DNA of 64,000 nucleotides from assembly GCA_002425765.1 (NCBI GenBank), contig DIMW01000002.1:106590-170589 (forward strand). Reading direction: 5' to 3'. A program made the translations under genes and the position numbers. The DNA is from Spirochaetaceae bacterium UBA5556 (GTDB lineage Bacteria; Spirochaetota; Spirochaetia; Treponematales; Rectinemataceae). This document shows positions 53,046-62,495 of the stretch, piece after piece (position 1 is the stretch's first letter; every line of letters begins with the position of its first letter). The notes beneath the pieces were generated by a model that searched no databases, was not told where the DNA came from, and saw only the letters and a program-made list of their open reading frames with translations.

Positions 53046-53903
53046 ATGAACCAATCGGCAACAGAGGCGCGGATCAGACTCATCGCCCTTGATCTTGACG
53101 ACACGCTGCTGCGCGCGGATCTCTCTATATCTGAAGAAAACAAGCGCGCCCTGCAGCGGGCGGAAAACATGGGCATCCACATCGTCCTCGCCTCAGGAAG
53201 AAACTACTTTTCTATGCGTCGCTACGCGGAAGAGCTCTTCATCCGGCGCCGTGGCGACTACCTTGTGGGTTCGAACGGGGCCCAGCTCATTCAGGCGAGT
53301 ACGGGTAATCTGCTGGAAGATCTCAAGCTCTCCCCTGACTTTTGCAGGAACATCATCGGGGAATTTGAGCAGAAGGGCTACTTTTGGCAGCTGTACATGG
53401 AAGGAACGATCTACTGCAACCGCATGAATGAGTGGGCGATCATGGATCAAAGACTGTCCGGCCTGCGGCTCGAGGTCATATCCGACATGGATGCCATTCT
53501 GAGTCAGGAACAGACCAAGATACTGGTATGTGGAGAGCCCGAACGCATCGAGCTGGTATACAGGGAGTTGAAGGACGGCATCGGGGACAATGCCGAAATC
53601 GTGACTTCCAAACCCTATTTCCTCGAGATTCTTCCTAAAGGAGCCAATAAGGGCGCGGCGCTCGACCGCCTTGCCAAACGCCTGCGAATCGGCATGGAAT
53701 CGGTTCTGGCAATCGGTGACGCGAGAAACGACCTGGAGATGATTCAGAAAGCCGGCTGGGGTTGCGCCCCCGCGAATGCCGCGGAAGAAGTGCGCGCGGT
53801 CGCACGCTTTGTGTCGGCAAAGACCAATGAAGAGGACGCAGTGATGGATATTCTCGAACACCTTGTATTTACGGCTGAGGCAGCGCAGCGAGAAATTCGA
53901 TGA
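53046..53903 (+). CDS. Cof-type HAD-IIB phosphatase
   Basis: HAD motif I LIALDLDDTLL, motif II ASGR, motif IV AIGDARNDLEM. Confidence 0.9.
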   Translation: MNQSATEARIRLIALDLDDTLLRADLSISEENKRALQRAENMGIHIVLASGRNYFSMRRYAEELFIRRRGDYLVGSNGAQLIQASTGNLLEDLKLSPDFCRNIIGEFEQKGYFWQLYMEGTIYCNRMNEWAIMDQRLSGLRLEVISDMDAILSQEQTKILVCGEPERIELVYRELKDGIGDNAEIVTSKPYFLEILPKGANKGAALDRLAKRLRIGMESVLAIGDARNDLEMIQKAGWGCAPANAAEEVRAVARFVSAKTNEEDAVMDILEHLVFTAEAAQREIR

Positions 53904-54687
53904 GATACTGTTGAACACCGAGGAAGAACCGCTCCTGCAGCGCGGCGGCCTGAGGCGAGATATAGCGATAGTGCCAGCTTTCCCAGCGGTAGCCGGTAAT
54001 CGCCTCCCTGCCTCTCGGGAAAGAGAGCGAAAAACCGAACTTTCCGGCGTTCGCGGAGAGCCAGCGCCCCGCGGCGGTATCGCCAAACTCATCGGTGATC
54101 GAACCGAAATCGATGGCCGTTCCGAGCTGGTGCTGAGACATACCTGGCGGTGCGGAGACTCGTTCGGCCTCGATCTTTCCCATCTCCTGAACATTCCGCG
54201 CAAACACGGTCACCTGATAATCGTACGAACGATACGCCGAGGACACTACGAGCGTCTTACCCTCTTCTCGCGCGGCTTCCGCCATATGAACCAGCGCGGC
54301 CCGCGCGGGCGCGCGCAACTGCATTCCTTTTTTTGAAACCACATAGGGGAACGCGCCGTCAAGACTCACAAGGTCGGACGGCACGAAATCCGCGGGGAGT
54401 GCGACCTTCTTGTCCACGCGGCGCAAGAGGTCCGGATCTTTTTTCATCACATCGTGAACTTCGCGAAACAGCACGGCAAAGCCAGAGGCGTCCTTGCCGA
54501 TTTCCTCAATGATGCGGCCACGGTCCGCGTCGCCGATGGCGGCCGCAGAGAGGGCGGTCTGCGCCTGGGCCCGAATATCCGGCGGCAACGCCGAGAGTCC
54601 CTTGTTTTTCTGCGCCGCGCAGGACGAGGCGGCGCCAACAGTGAGTATCAGGGACAGCATGGTTGCAATAAACGACGAAGCTCGCAT
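53869..54687 (-). CDS. VanY/M15B-family D-alanyl-D-alanine carboxypeptidase (lipoprotein-like)
   Basis: Signal with a Cys (LILTVGAASSC). Zinc-peptidase motifs SAYRSYDYQ, SQHQLGTAIDF, ESWHYRY. The 3' end overlaps the Cof gene convergently by 35 nt. Confidence 0.88.
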   Translation of the reverse strand: MRASSFIATMLSLILTVGAASSCAAQKNKGLSALPPDIRAQAQTALSAAAIGDADRGRIIEEIGKDASGFAVLFREVHDVMKKDPDLLRRVDKKVALPADFVPSDLVSLDGAFPYVVSKKGMQLRAPARAALVHMAEAAREEGKTLVVSSAYRSYDYQVTVFARNVQEMGKIEAERVSAPPGMSQHQLGTAIDFGSITDEFGDTAAGRWLSANAGKFGFSLSFPRGREAITGYRWESWHYRYISPQAAALQERFFLGVQQYLIEFLAALPQP

Positions 54688-54772
54688 AATGAGAACATAT
54701 CATGATTCAAATATTTGATAAACCCGAATCCGTCGATGCCGCGCGCAGGTCTGAGCCCTCCGGAGTCTGCAC

Positions 54773-55543
54773 ATGACTCCGGCACAGTACACGCGCTTCT
54801 CCGGAATTCGTGCCCGGATGCGCGATTATATCGATTCTCTATTGAGGAACAATGCATGGATACTCCCCGTGCAGCGGAAACTTTACAGGGCCAGAGGCTA
54901 TCGCGAAGAGGAACTCGAGACGCCGATCGTCTACAACCTTGCGCTGGACGAGATCACAGAGGAGAGCAGCCCCCGCTTCATCATCGTCGCTGACAACCCA
55001 GGACTTCAGGAACAAAAGACTAAGAATCACCGGTATCTGGTCGGACAGGCAGGCAAGCTCGCCGTGTCGTGGTTCCGCGCAAATCTGGACATGGATTTCA
55101 GGTCCGCGACGATCATCGTCAATAAAACACCCGTCCATACGCCGAAGACCGCAGAGCTGCGCCTCTTGATAAAGCTTGCGGATGAGCGCGGCACCGAACT
55201 CGCCGCGCTGCTCTCGGAAAGCCAGAGAGTCATGGCACGTTACGCCTGCGAATTAGCCGAGTGTCTTCAATGTCCGCTCTGGGTCTCCGGCATCGGAGAA
55301 CTGAGACCAAGGGGCATCTTCAGCCCCTGGACTGAAGAGCTCCGCGCACACTGCGCGGGGGCCCCAGCTTCCGTGCGAGGGCAGATTCTGCTTTTCCGAC
55401 ACTTCTCCATGAACCAGTTCGCGATCGAATATGCAAAGGCGCGCAATGACACAAAGCGCGGAGCGCCACTCACCCCTTCCGCAACCCTCTCTCTCCTGGA
55501 ACAGATCGGCAGGAAAAACAGAGTCGCGATACTCGGCATATAG
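54773..55543 (+). CDS. Uracil-DNA-glycosylase-superfamily-like protein with atypical motifs
   Basis: FIIVADNPGLQEQ...YLVGQAGK resembles UDG motif A (GxNPG of MUG/SMUG) plus the following xVGxAG. A distal FRHFSMNQF resembles motif B (HPS). GGAG SD upstream. No other recognisable domain. Confidence 0.5.
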   Translation: MTPAQYTRFSGIRARMRDYIDSLLRNNAWILPVQRKLYRARGYREEELETPIVYNLALDEITEESSPRFIIVADNPGLQEQKTKNHRYLVGQAGKLAVSWFRANLDMDFRSATIIVNKTPVHTPKTAELRLLIKLADERGTELAALLSESQRVMARYACELAECLQCPLWVSGIGELRPRGIFSPWTEELRAHCAGAPASVRGQILLFRHFSMNQFAIEYAKARNDTKRGAPLTPSATLSLLEQIGRKNRVAILGI

Positions 55544-55576
55544 ACCGCATCCGGCCGGCCGCGTCCGGCGCCAGCG

Positions 55577-56356
55577 CTAACTCCGGCCGCGATGCTTTAC
55601 GCGCAGATACACCTGCTTGCCCGGGACCATCGGGTTGGTCCGTTCATCGATCTCGAACAGGTTGATCGCCTTGATGAGCTCACCAAGCTTGTGAAAGCCA
55701 TAGTTTCTGGGATCAAATTCCGGCAGACGGTTCGCGATATATGTCCCGACTTCTCCTAAGTAGGCCCAGCCGAATTCGTCGGCGGCCTCCTCGGCCGCGC
55801 TCAGAAGCAAGGCCTTGAGCCTCTTGTCACTCTTGATGTCGGTCGGGGGCGTGGCACCTTTCCCCGATTCCTTGTCGGGAGGATTCTCTCGCTCTTCGTC
55901 GGATTCGCCGACATTGGCCTGCAAAATTTCGGTGTAAATGAATTTGTCGCAGGCGGCCACGAAAGGCTTTGGCGTTTTCCGCTGCCCAAAGCCGAGGACG
56001 AGCTTGCCATCCTCGCGGAGACGAGCGGCGAGCCTGGTAAAATCCGAATCGCTTGAGACGATGCAGAAGCCGTCGAGATTTTCAGTGTACAAAAGGTCCA
56101 TCGCGTCGATGATCATGGCGCTGTCGGTGGAATTCTTGCCGGTTGTGTAGGCGAACTGCTGCACGGGCTGAATGGCGTACTCGAGCAGGCGCTCCTTCCA
56201 GCCGCGCAGATTGGGATTTGTCCAATCGCCATAAATACGCTTGACGCTTGCAATGCCGTACTTTGCTATTTCCGCCAACAGGCCGTCGATAATAGCCGGC
56301 TGCGTATTGTCTGCATCGACGAGGACCGCAAGTTTAAGCTGCGGATCGGTTTTCAT
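55577..56356 (-). CDS. NYN (LabA-like) ribonuclease-fold protein with a C-terminal OST-HTH/LOTUS domain
   Basis: LAVLVDADN...GKNSTDSAMIIDAMDL...FCIVSSDSDFTRLAARLRE (NYN acidic residues). C-terminal segment ALLLSAAEEAADEFGWAYLGEVGTYIANRLPEFDPRNYGFHKLGELI. ATG 56356 with an AGGAG SD. Confidence 0.85.
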   Translation of the reverse strand: MKTDPQLKLAVLVDADNTQPAIIDGLLAEIAKYGIASVKRIYGDWTNPNLRGWKERLLEYAIQPVQQFAYTTGKNSTDSAMIIDAMDLLYTENLDGFCIVSSDSDFTRLAARLREDGKLVLGFGQRKTPKPFVAACDKFIYTEILQANVGESDEERENPPDKESGKGATPPTDIKSDKRLKALLLSAAEEAADEFGWAYLGEVGTYIANRLPEFDPRNYGFHKLGELIKAINLFEIDERTNPMVPGKQVYLRVKHRGRS

Positions 56357-56377
56357 CAAAAAACTCCTAATAACATA

Positions 56378-57811
56378 TTATCGCACGATAAGTATCTGGA
56401 TATCACATACATTCGTGCCGGTCGGGCCAGTCTTGAAGAGCCCGTCAGCCTTTTCAAAAAAGGCATAAGAATCGTTTTCGGCCAAAAAACTTGAGGGATT
56501 GAGATTGAGCGCCCGGGCGTGCCCGATGATTTCGGCATCCGCGAAGGCGCCCGCGGCGTCGGTAGGCCCATCATTGCCATCGGTGCCCGCGGAAAGAAAG
56601 GCGACGCTTCTCAGCTCAGCGCGCAAGGCGACCGGAAAATGTTCAAACTCATTGAGCACGGAAAGCGCCATCTCCTGATTCCGGCCGCCCTTGCCTTTAC
56701 CGCGCAGAGTGACGGTGGTTTCTCCACCCGCGATAATGCAGGCAGGAATGGCGACCGGAAGTTCATGCAGTATGATATCCTGGGCAATCCCCGAAAAAAT
56801 CTTGCCGATCTCGCGCGCCTCGCCCGACATGCGGGTTCCGAGAACGAGGGTGTTGTAGCCCAAGGCCTTGCTCTTGTTCCCGGCCTCGAGAATCGCATGA
56901 AAATTTGTGCCCACGAGCATCGTCGAGCACGAGTCAAAAATCACATCACCCGGCTTTGGTGTATCCGGTCGCAGCCCTGAAATCCCTTCCCGAGTCGCGC
57001 GGGCGACGGCGTCGGGCAGCGCATCGAAAAGCCCGAAGCGGTCGAATATCTCTTTGACATCCTGCCAGGTGCCCCTGTCGGGAACCGTCGGTCCGGAAGC
57101 GATCACGCCAAGATCATCCCCCATAACATCCGAGAGCACGAGCGACAGCATTTTCGCCGGAGAAAAAGCGCGGGCGAGGAACCCACCCTTAATCGCGGAG
57201 AGATGCTTGCGCACCGTGTTGATCTCATGAATCGTCGCTCCGCAGGCGAGTAAAAGCCGCGTCGCTTCCGCGTTATCCTCGGGCGAAATCCCCGGGGCCG
57301 GCGCCGACAGGAGCGCGCTTCCGCCCCCCGAAATGAGCACGCAGACGAGTGTCTTGCCGCCACGGCTCTCCCATTCCCTCACCTGGGAGGCGAGAGCGAG
57401 CATCTCTCTGCCAGCCAGCACCGACCGCTGATCGGGCACGGGATGTCCCGCTTCGATGACGTGAATCGATTGTGCTTCAAACACGTTCTCGACGTGTGGC
57501 GCGAGCTGAAGCGATCGTCCATCCTCAGACGCCTTGGTCACTACAAGACCTCGTGAAACCCGCCCGCCCAAAAGCGAAACAAGACCTGCGGCCATAGGAA
57601 GCGAAGCTTTCCCGAAGGCGGCGATCACTATATGTTCAAACTTGAAAAGGTCATACTTCTGTGTCATTCGGCCGTCTGACGCACTGAGTATCGACCCATC
57701 AAGTGATAAACAATATGAAAAAAGCCGCTCGGGCATCACGCGATCCACTGCGGCACGGAAAATCGTTTCGGCGTCCACGCGTAAAGACAACATACTTTTT
57801 TCTTCTATCAT
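56378..57811 (-). CDS. Glycerate 2-kinase (DUF4147/MOFRL family)
   Basis: VLISGGGSALL, GGETTVTLRGKGKGGRNQE, SAGTDGNDGPTDAAGAF. Start set at ATG 57811, just after the TPR gene stop. Confidence 0.88.
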   Translation of the reverse strand: MIEEKSMLSLRVDAETIFRAAVDRVMPERLFSYCLSLDGSILSASDGRMTQKYDLFKFEHIVIAAFGKASLPMAAGLVSLLGGRVSRGLVVTKASEDGRSLQLAPHVENVFEAQSIHVIEAGHPVPDQRSVLAGREMLALASQVREWESRGGKTLVCVLISGGGSALLSAPAPGISPEDNAEATRLLLACGATIHEINTVRKHLSAIKGGFLARAFSPAKMLSLVLSDVMGDDLGVIASGPTVPDRGTWQDVKEIFDRFGLFDALPDAVARATREGISGLRPDTPKPGDVIFDSCSTMLVGTNFHAILEAGNKSKALGYNTLVLGTRMSGEAREIGKIFSGIAQDIILHELPVAIPACIIAGGETTVTLRGKGKGGRNQEMALSVLNEFEHFPVALRAELRSVAFLSAGTDGNDGPTDAAGAFADAEIIGHARALNLNPSSFLAENDSYAFFEKADGLFKTGPTGTNVCDIQILIVR

Positions 57812-57818
57812 ATTTCCC

Positions 57819-58499
57819 TTACTTTTTCTTCTGTCCCCGACTAATCGCCTGCCGGCAAAGCTCCACATTCCGAGCCACCTGAATACTGTGCGACAGGTCA
57901 AACGCCTGCGAAAACAGGGGTTCCGCCTCGACAGGCTCTTTAAGAGTATTCATATAAATCGAAGCGGCGTTGTTGAGGGCCGGCCAATTTGTTTCATCCA
58001 GGGCAAAAGATTGCAAAAATGACTGGATAGCCCCCTCGTAATCCCCCGTCTCTCTCAATTCCTCCGCCTGTCTGAAAAGCTCCATCGCCTTCCTTGTACC
58101 AGCATAGCTCTTTTCATCTTCGCACATTGCGAGCCGTTTTTCCATAAGAGCCCTCATGTGGAACGCCACGCCCCCTTCGGCACATTCCGGTTCCTGGAGG
58201 GCCAATCGATAACGGCGAGCCGCCTCTTTCCTTTTCCCGATCGCATAGGTGAGGTCTGCGAGGGCCGAATGCCGATAAAAGGACGCGCCATATAATTTCT
58301 CTTCTCTTAATAGATAGCGCTCCGCCTCCCCGGATCGTCCCTCGGCGAGCAAGATAACGCCGAGGTTTCTCAATACGCGAATGGATGTTGGCTCAGACTG
58401 CTCAAGCTTCCGAAACCAACGCTCTGCTTTCTGATAATCGCCCGCGATGTAGGCGTTGAGACCGAAGCGCTCGCACATTGCCGCAAAAAATTTGTTCAT
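57819..58499 (-). CDS. Tetratricopeptide-repeat protein
   Basis: Repeated A/Y/L-patterned 34-aa units (YIAGDYQKAERWFRKL; LAEGRSGEAERYL; GDYEGAIQSFLQSF). Start is either ATG 58499 or TTG 58520, which overlaps the gntP stop. Confidence 0.8.
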   Translation of the reverse strand: MNKFFAAMCERFGLNAYIAGDYQKAERWFRKLEQSEPTSIRVLRNLGVILLAEGRSGEAERYLLREEKLYGASFYRHSALADLTYAIGKRKEAARRYRLALQEPECAEGGVAFHMRALMEKRLAMCEDEKSYAGTRKAMELFRQAEELRETGDYEGAIQSFLQSFALDETNWPALNNAASIYMNTLKEPVEAEPLFSQAFDLSHSIQVARNVELCRQAISRGQKKK

Positions 58500-58516
58500 C
58501 GGCCTCAAAGAGTACC

Positions 58517-59851
58517 TCAATGGACAAACAAGGACAATACAAGAATGACAACGAAGGCCACAACTCCTTCAACCGCCGTCGCCGAAGTGTATGCCTTGTA
58601 GGCCGTATTCACGGGCATGCCGGAAAACTGTGAAACAACCCAGAAATATGAATCATTCGCGTGGGACACGACCATGGAACCGGCGCCGATCGCGATGGTG
58701 GTGAGGGCCGGATCCAAGCCAAGCGACTGCATGAGGGGCGCCATGATCCCCGCCGTCGTCACGATGGCCACGGTCGACGAGCCCTGAGCGGTCTTGAGCG
58801 CCGCGGAGATGATGAAGGGCAGGAATATCCCAAGCTGCATACCGGCCATGTTCGTCTTGATAAACTCGGTTATCGGGCTTGCCTTGATTATCTGGCCAAA
58901 GGCACCCCCCGCTCCCGTGATGACCAGGATAATGGCCGAATCTTTGATCCCCTCCCCCATCCATCCCGAGATCGCGTTTTTGAACTCGTCTTTCTGAACA
59001 AGCAGCAGAGAGCACAGCACGCCAATAATGAGCGCGGTTACCGGGTCGCCGATGAAAGACAGAAAAATACGGAAACCACCGTTGCCGAATGGTTTTGAGG
59101 GGAACTCCGCAAGGCTCTTCAGAAGAATCAGCACAATGGGGAGCACAATCGGCAAGAACGAAAAAAAGGTGCTGGGCAATTTTCCGAACTTCTTCACAAT
59201 CTCGGAATAACTCTCATGGATTCCCGGCTCAATCTCATATCTTTTGGCGAATTTGGTCGCCCACAACAGACCAGCGAGCGAGGCGGGGATGGCCGTAATC
59301 AGACCCAGCAGAATCACCTTGCCGAGATCGGCCCCCAAGGCACTCGCAGCGGCGATGGGGCCGGGAGTCGGCGGCACCATGGTGTGGGTCGCGTAGAGAC
59401 CGGTGGAAAGCGCCACCGCCATGACCGCCATCGAGATGCCCGATTCCTTTGCGAGCGCTTTATTGAGAGGGGTCAGGATGACATAGCCTGAATCGCAAAA
59501 AACGGGGATGGAGACGACATAGCCCGCGATATTCATGGCGAGCGGGGCCCGCGACTTGCCGACAAGCCTCAGAATGGTCTGCGTCATCGAGAGCGCGGCG
59601 CCGCTTTTCTCAAGGATTGTCCCCATGATCGTCCCCGCGACGATGACAATGCCAATACTGGCAAGTGTCCCCCCGAAACCATTCTTAATGCCCGCAATCA
59701 CATCCAAGGCAGGCAGCCCGATCGCAAGACCGAAGGCGAAAGAGACGCCTACCAGCACAAGAAAAGCGTTTACCTTAAACCTTCCGGTAAGGACGATGAT
59801 GACAATTACCGCCAAGAGCAGCAGAAGCAACGCAACGATGCCTGATACCAT
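58517..59851 (-). CDS. GntP-family permease (gluconate/glycerate-type anion:H+ symporter)
   Basis: 444 aa, about 12-14 TM helices, GntP-like N-terminus (GFGGTLASIGIVIVAGTIMGTILEKSGAA). GGAGG SD upstream. Confidence 0.88.
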   Translation of the reverse strand: MVSGIVALLLLLLAVIVIIVLTGRFKVNAFLVLVGVSFAFGLAIGLPALDVIAGIKNGFGGTLASIGIVIVAGTIMGTILEKSGAALSMTQTILRLVGKSRAPLAMNIAGYVVSIPVFCDSGYVILTPLNKALAKESGISMAVMAVALSTGLYATHTMVPPTPGPIAAASALGADLGKVILLGLITAIPASLAGLLWATKFAKRYEIEPGIHESYSEIVKKFGKLPSTFFSFLPIVLPIVLILLKSLAEFPSKPFGNGGFRIFLSFIGDPVTALIIGVLCSLLLVQKDEFKNAISGWMGEGIKDSAIILVITGAGGAFGQIIKASPITEFIKTNMAGMQLGIFLPFIISAALKTAQGSSTVAIVTTAGIMAPLMQSLGLDPALTTIAIGAGSMVVSHANDSYFWVVSQFSGMPVNTAYKAYTSATAVEGVVAFVVILVLSLFVH

Positions 59852-59924
59852 GGATGCCTCCTGAAATCCAATTTACCCGATACGGGATTCACAGACAATA
59901 TAGATAATCGGCAGAGTGGCGCCA

Positions 59925-61037
59925 TCATCGCCCTCGTCCCATCGACAAGGTGAGTTCGACAGGCAGATGGTCGGAATAGCCCCCGTTTCCCTTCCATTCA
60001 AGGGGGATGCCATTTGAGTCGAACAGTAGTGGATCGTCTGCGACATCAAAGTTTTCATATTCAAGGCCTTCTCCATCGTGAAGACTTGCATTCAAGAAAA
60101 AACAGTCAAACTGCTCACGTTTTCCCTGGAACGCAATGCTAAAACCATCGGAGAGCTCGTTCCAGGGATTGTAGAGTCTTACTTCCGAGATGTGTTTCTC
60201 AGAGAATGATGCTTCTTCGGTATACGAAAGCCCTTCCCACGAGCCGGAGACCCCTAATGGTTCACCTTCTGCCGCAGAGGGAGGAGCGCCAGCATCGGAG
60301 GGCATAATCGCCGTCGGATAACACCTGCCGATCCGAATGTATTCGTCGGGCGATTCATTGAAATCGCCGCAGACTACAATCGGCAGAGAAGGCCTTTCCG
60401 CCTGCACTTCGCGAATCCTCTGCGCCAACAGCGCGGCGGCGGCACGGCGTCCTGGCTCAGTCTCTCTCTCGCCACCCAATTTGGATTTCCAATGGCATAC
60501 GAACACCGCTATCCGCTCATCTCCCCCAAGATCGAGCTCCACTTCCAAGATGTCCCTCAAGGGACCAAAGCCCCACGCGTCCATCACCGAATGAGTGTGC
60601 ATCTCCGCAATCGGAAACCGCGACAATATGCCGGTATGAATGACGCTCTCATCGGGGCCGCCTATGGCCCAATACCGATAGGTCCCCCTGCCGAAGCGCT
60701 CCGCGAGGTCGGCAAGCACTTTCTCATTCTCGATTTCCTGCACGCACAGAATGTCGGGGTCCGGGGTCCGCCGTGAACCAGCGCCCTCCGTTTCAGACAC
60801 GGATCGGACGGCTTCCACCACATTGACCAGTCGCTTCGCGTAGAGTTCTTTTGTCCACTTGCCCTTCGACGGCCGGAATTCGGGGTATTCCTTTCCACTC
60901 TCTTCCGCGTCGAAGAGATTGTGGACATTGTAGGACACAATGCGAATTTCCTCGTCCGTACCCACGGGCGCGAGCGAACACCTGCACCCCACCGCCATCA
61001 TCGCGATCGCCGAAAGAATAAGAAATGCCGGACGCAC
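59925..61037 (-). CDS. Endonuclease/exonuclease/phosphatase (EEP) family lipoprotein
   Basis: Lipobox AMMAVGC. EEP motifs IVSYNVHNLF, PDILCVQE, VVCGDFNE, SDHLPVEL. Confidence 0.85.
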   Translation of the reverse strand: MRPAFLILSAIAMMAVGCRCSLAPVGTDEEIRIVSYNVHNLFDAEESGKEYPEFRPSKGKWTKELYAKRLVNVVEAVRSVSETEGAGSRRTPDPDILCVQEIENEKVLADLAERFGRGTYRYWAIGGPDESVIHTGILSRFPIAEMHTHSVMDAWGFGPLRDILEVELDLGGDERIAVFVCHWKSKLGGERETEPGRRAAAALLAQRIREVQAERPSLPIVVCGDFNESPDEYIRIGRCYPTAIMPSDAGAPPSAAEGEPLGVSGSWEGLSYTEEASFSEKHISEVRLYNPWNELSDGFSIAFQGKREQFDCFFLNASLHDGEGLEYENFDVADDPLLFDSNGIPLEWKGNGGYSDHLPVELTLSMGRGR

Positions 61038-61114
61038 CTTCCCTCCTTTCCCCTAAGGAAGACGCTATCCGGCAAGCTTCGTGCTTCAGTATTTGGGCAG
61101 GAAAACGCTCTTTT

Positions 61115-61705
61115 TCAGACGAGCTCGTTCTTGGACAAAATGACCTTCCCAATCAACCCGTACTGCGAGGCTTCGGGCGCATTCATCCAGAAATCCCTGT
61201 CGGTATCCTTTGTGATTTTCTCGAGTGGCTGTCCTGTCGCTTCCGCGATGATCTCATTGATGCGCACGCGTGTCTTTTCAAGTTCGCGGGCGTGAATCTC
61301 GATCTCGGTCGCGACGCCATTCATCCCCGACAGTGGCTGATGGATCAAATACGAAGAATTGGGCAGCCCAAAGCGCCTCTCCTTCGGCACGGCGATCAAA
61401 ATGAGGGCCGCCGCGGAGGCCACGAGGCCAATGCCCACGATCCGGACCGGAGCCTTTATAAAGCGGATCACATCAAATATCGAAAATCCGGCGTATACAT
61501 CCCCTCCGGGAGAGTCGATGAGGAGCGTGATGGGCTCGTCTGAAATATTGTCGAGCAGCAACAACTGCCGGACAACTTTTTCGGAGAGGTCCTTATCGAC
61601 TTCGCCGACGAGAAGCACGGTGCGGGTCTTGAGAAAACGTTCGGTTAAAGGTTCTTCGGGCCGTTTGGCTTCGGTTTCGGCAGTCTGCGGCTCTGCTGAT
61701 TTCAT
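61115..61705 (-). CDS. clpP: ClpP-family serine protease subunit (paralogue lacking the usual N-terminal loop sequence)
   Basis: Triad contexts GLVASAAALIL (Ser), LIHQP (His), DTDRDFWM (Asp), plus DSPGGDV. AAGGAG SD upstream. No clpX or clpA adjacent. Confidence 0.85.
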   Translation of the reverse strand: MKSAEPQTAETEAKRPEEPLTERFLKTRTVLLVGEVDKDLSEKVVRQLLLLDNISDEPITLLIDSPGGDVYAGFSIFDVIRFIKAPVRIVGIGLVASAAALILIAVPKERRFGLPNSSYLIHQPLSGMNGVATEIEIHARELEKTRVRINEIIAEATGQPLEKITKDTDRDFWMNAPEASQYGLIGKVILSKNELV

Positions 61706-61780
61706 CGTATATCACTCCTTGCGATACATTAAAAATGTACTACGGCATTCGATTGAATAGTAATGATTTCAAAGCCAAGC

Positions 61781-61812
61781 GGCAACGACAGCAACCTCGT
61801 TGCCCATTTTTT
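61781..61812 (+). promoter_or_regulatory. Perfect 8-bp inverted repeat (GGCAACGA-N8-TCGTTGCC) followed by T6; operator or orphan terminator
   Basis: Lies in the 202-bp divergent clpP/tlpA intergenic region. The T-run occurs only on the plus strand. Confidence 0.4.
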
Positions 61813-61907
61813 CATTATATATTAGATTTTATATGTTGTAATGTGCCGCCCGGCGGCGGATATGGGCGTGTCGAAGGGCCTATAATTATTCTATATCAGG
61901 AGATATC

Positions 61908-62495
61908 ATGGAAAAACGAGTCATCACCTTACACCGCCTCTCTTTACAAGCTTCCGCGCTGATTCTTCTTGCCCTTCTTATACTTTTTGTTTCGGGCGGC
62001 ACTGTCTTCGGCGCCGAGTCAAGACCCTGGTACACGGCACGACTTGAGGCTCTTGGCTTCTACGTCTTCGATCAGCCCTTCGAGCAGCCCAATTTCAATG
62101 TCGCCTCCGTCGACGGGCGCATGAAGAGCCGTCTTTCCACAAAGGGAAATGTCACCCTTCTCAATTTCTGGGCCACCTGGTGCCCGCCATGCAAACAGGA
62201 AATTCCTGCAATTCAGACGCTGCATGAGACTATGAAAGGCGAACGGTTTGAGATCATGGCCGTCGACCTCGGGGAATCGGCGAAAAGCGTTAAGTCATTC
62301 CTTGATCAGAACAAGATTTCCTATCCTGTCTACATCGACCCCAAGAGCAGTCTCACAGGCCTCTATGCCTCGCGCGGCATTCCCACCACGTATATTCTCG
62401 ACAAGAACGGGAAGTTCATCGCGGGTATCATCGGCAGCTTCGAGTACGACAATCCTGAATTCGTGAGCATAATGAGGGAGCTCGCGCGGAAATGA
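61908..62495 (+). CDS. TlpA/ResA-like periplasmic thiol:disulfide oxidoreductase
   Basis: N-terminal membrane anchor or signal. Thioredoxin fold with WATWCPPCKQEIP. AGGAG SD upstream. Confidence 0.9.
   Translation: MEKRVITLHRLSLQASALILLALLILFVSGGTVFGAESRPWYTARLEALGFYVFDQPFEQPNFNVASVDGRMKSRLSTKGNVTLLNFWATWCPPCKQEIPAIQTLHETMKGERFEIMAVDLGESAKSVKSFLDQNKISYPVYIDPKSSLTGLYASRGIPTTYILDKNGKFIAGIIGSFEYDNPEFVSIMRELARK

Noticed and set aside
53193-54203. 336-aa minus-strand ORF overlapping the Cof and VanY genes
   Set aside because: It is antisense to the Cof hydrolase and out of frame with the VanY gene. Both of those have clear family motifs.
61735-61962. 75-aa plus-strand ORF in the clpP/tlpA intergenic region
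   Set aside because: It has no SD, it runs through the palindrome and T-tract into the tlpA start, and the peptide is low-complexity and implausible.
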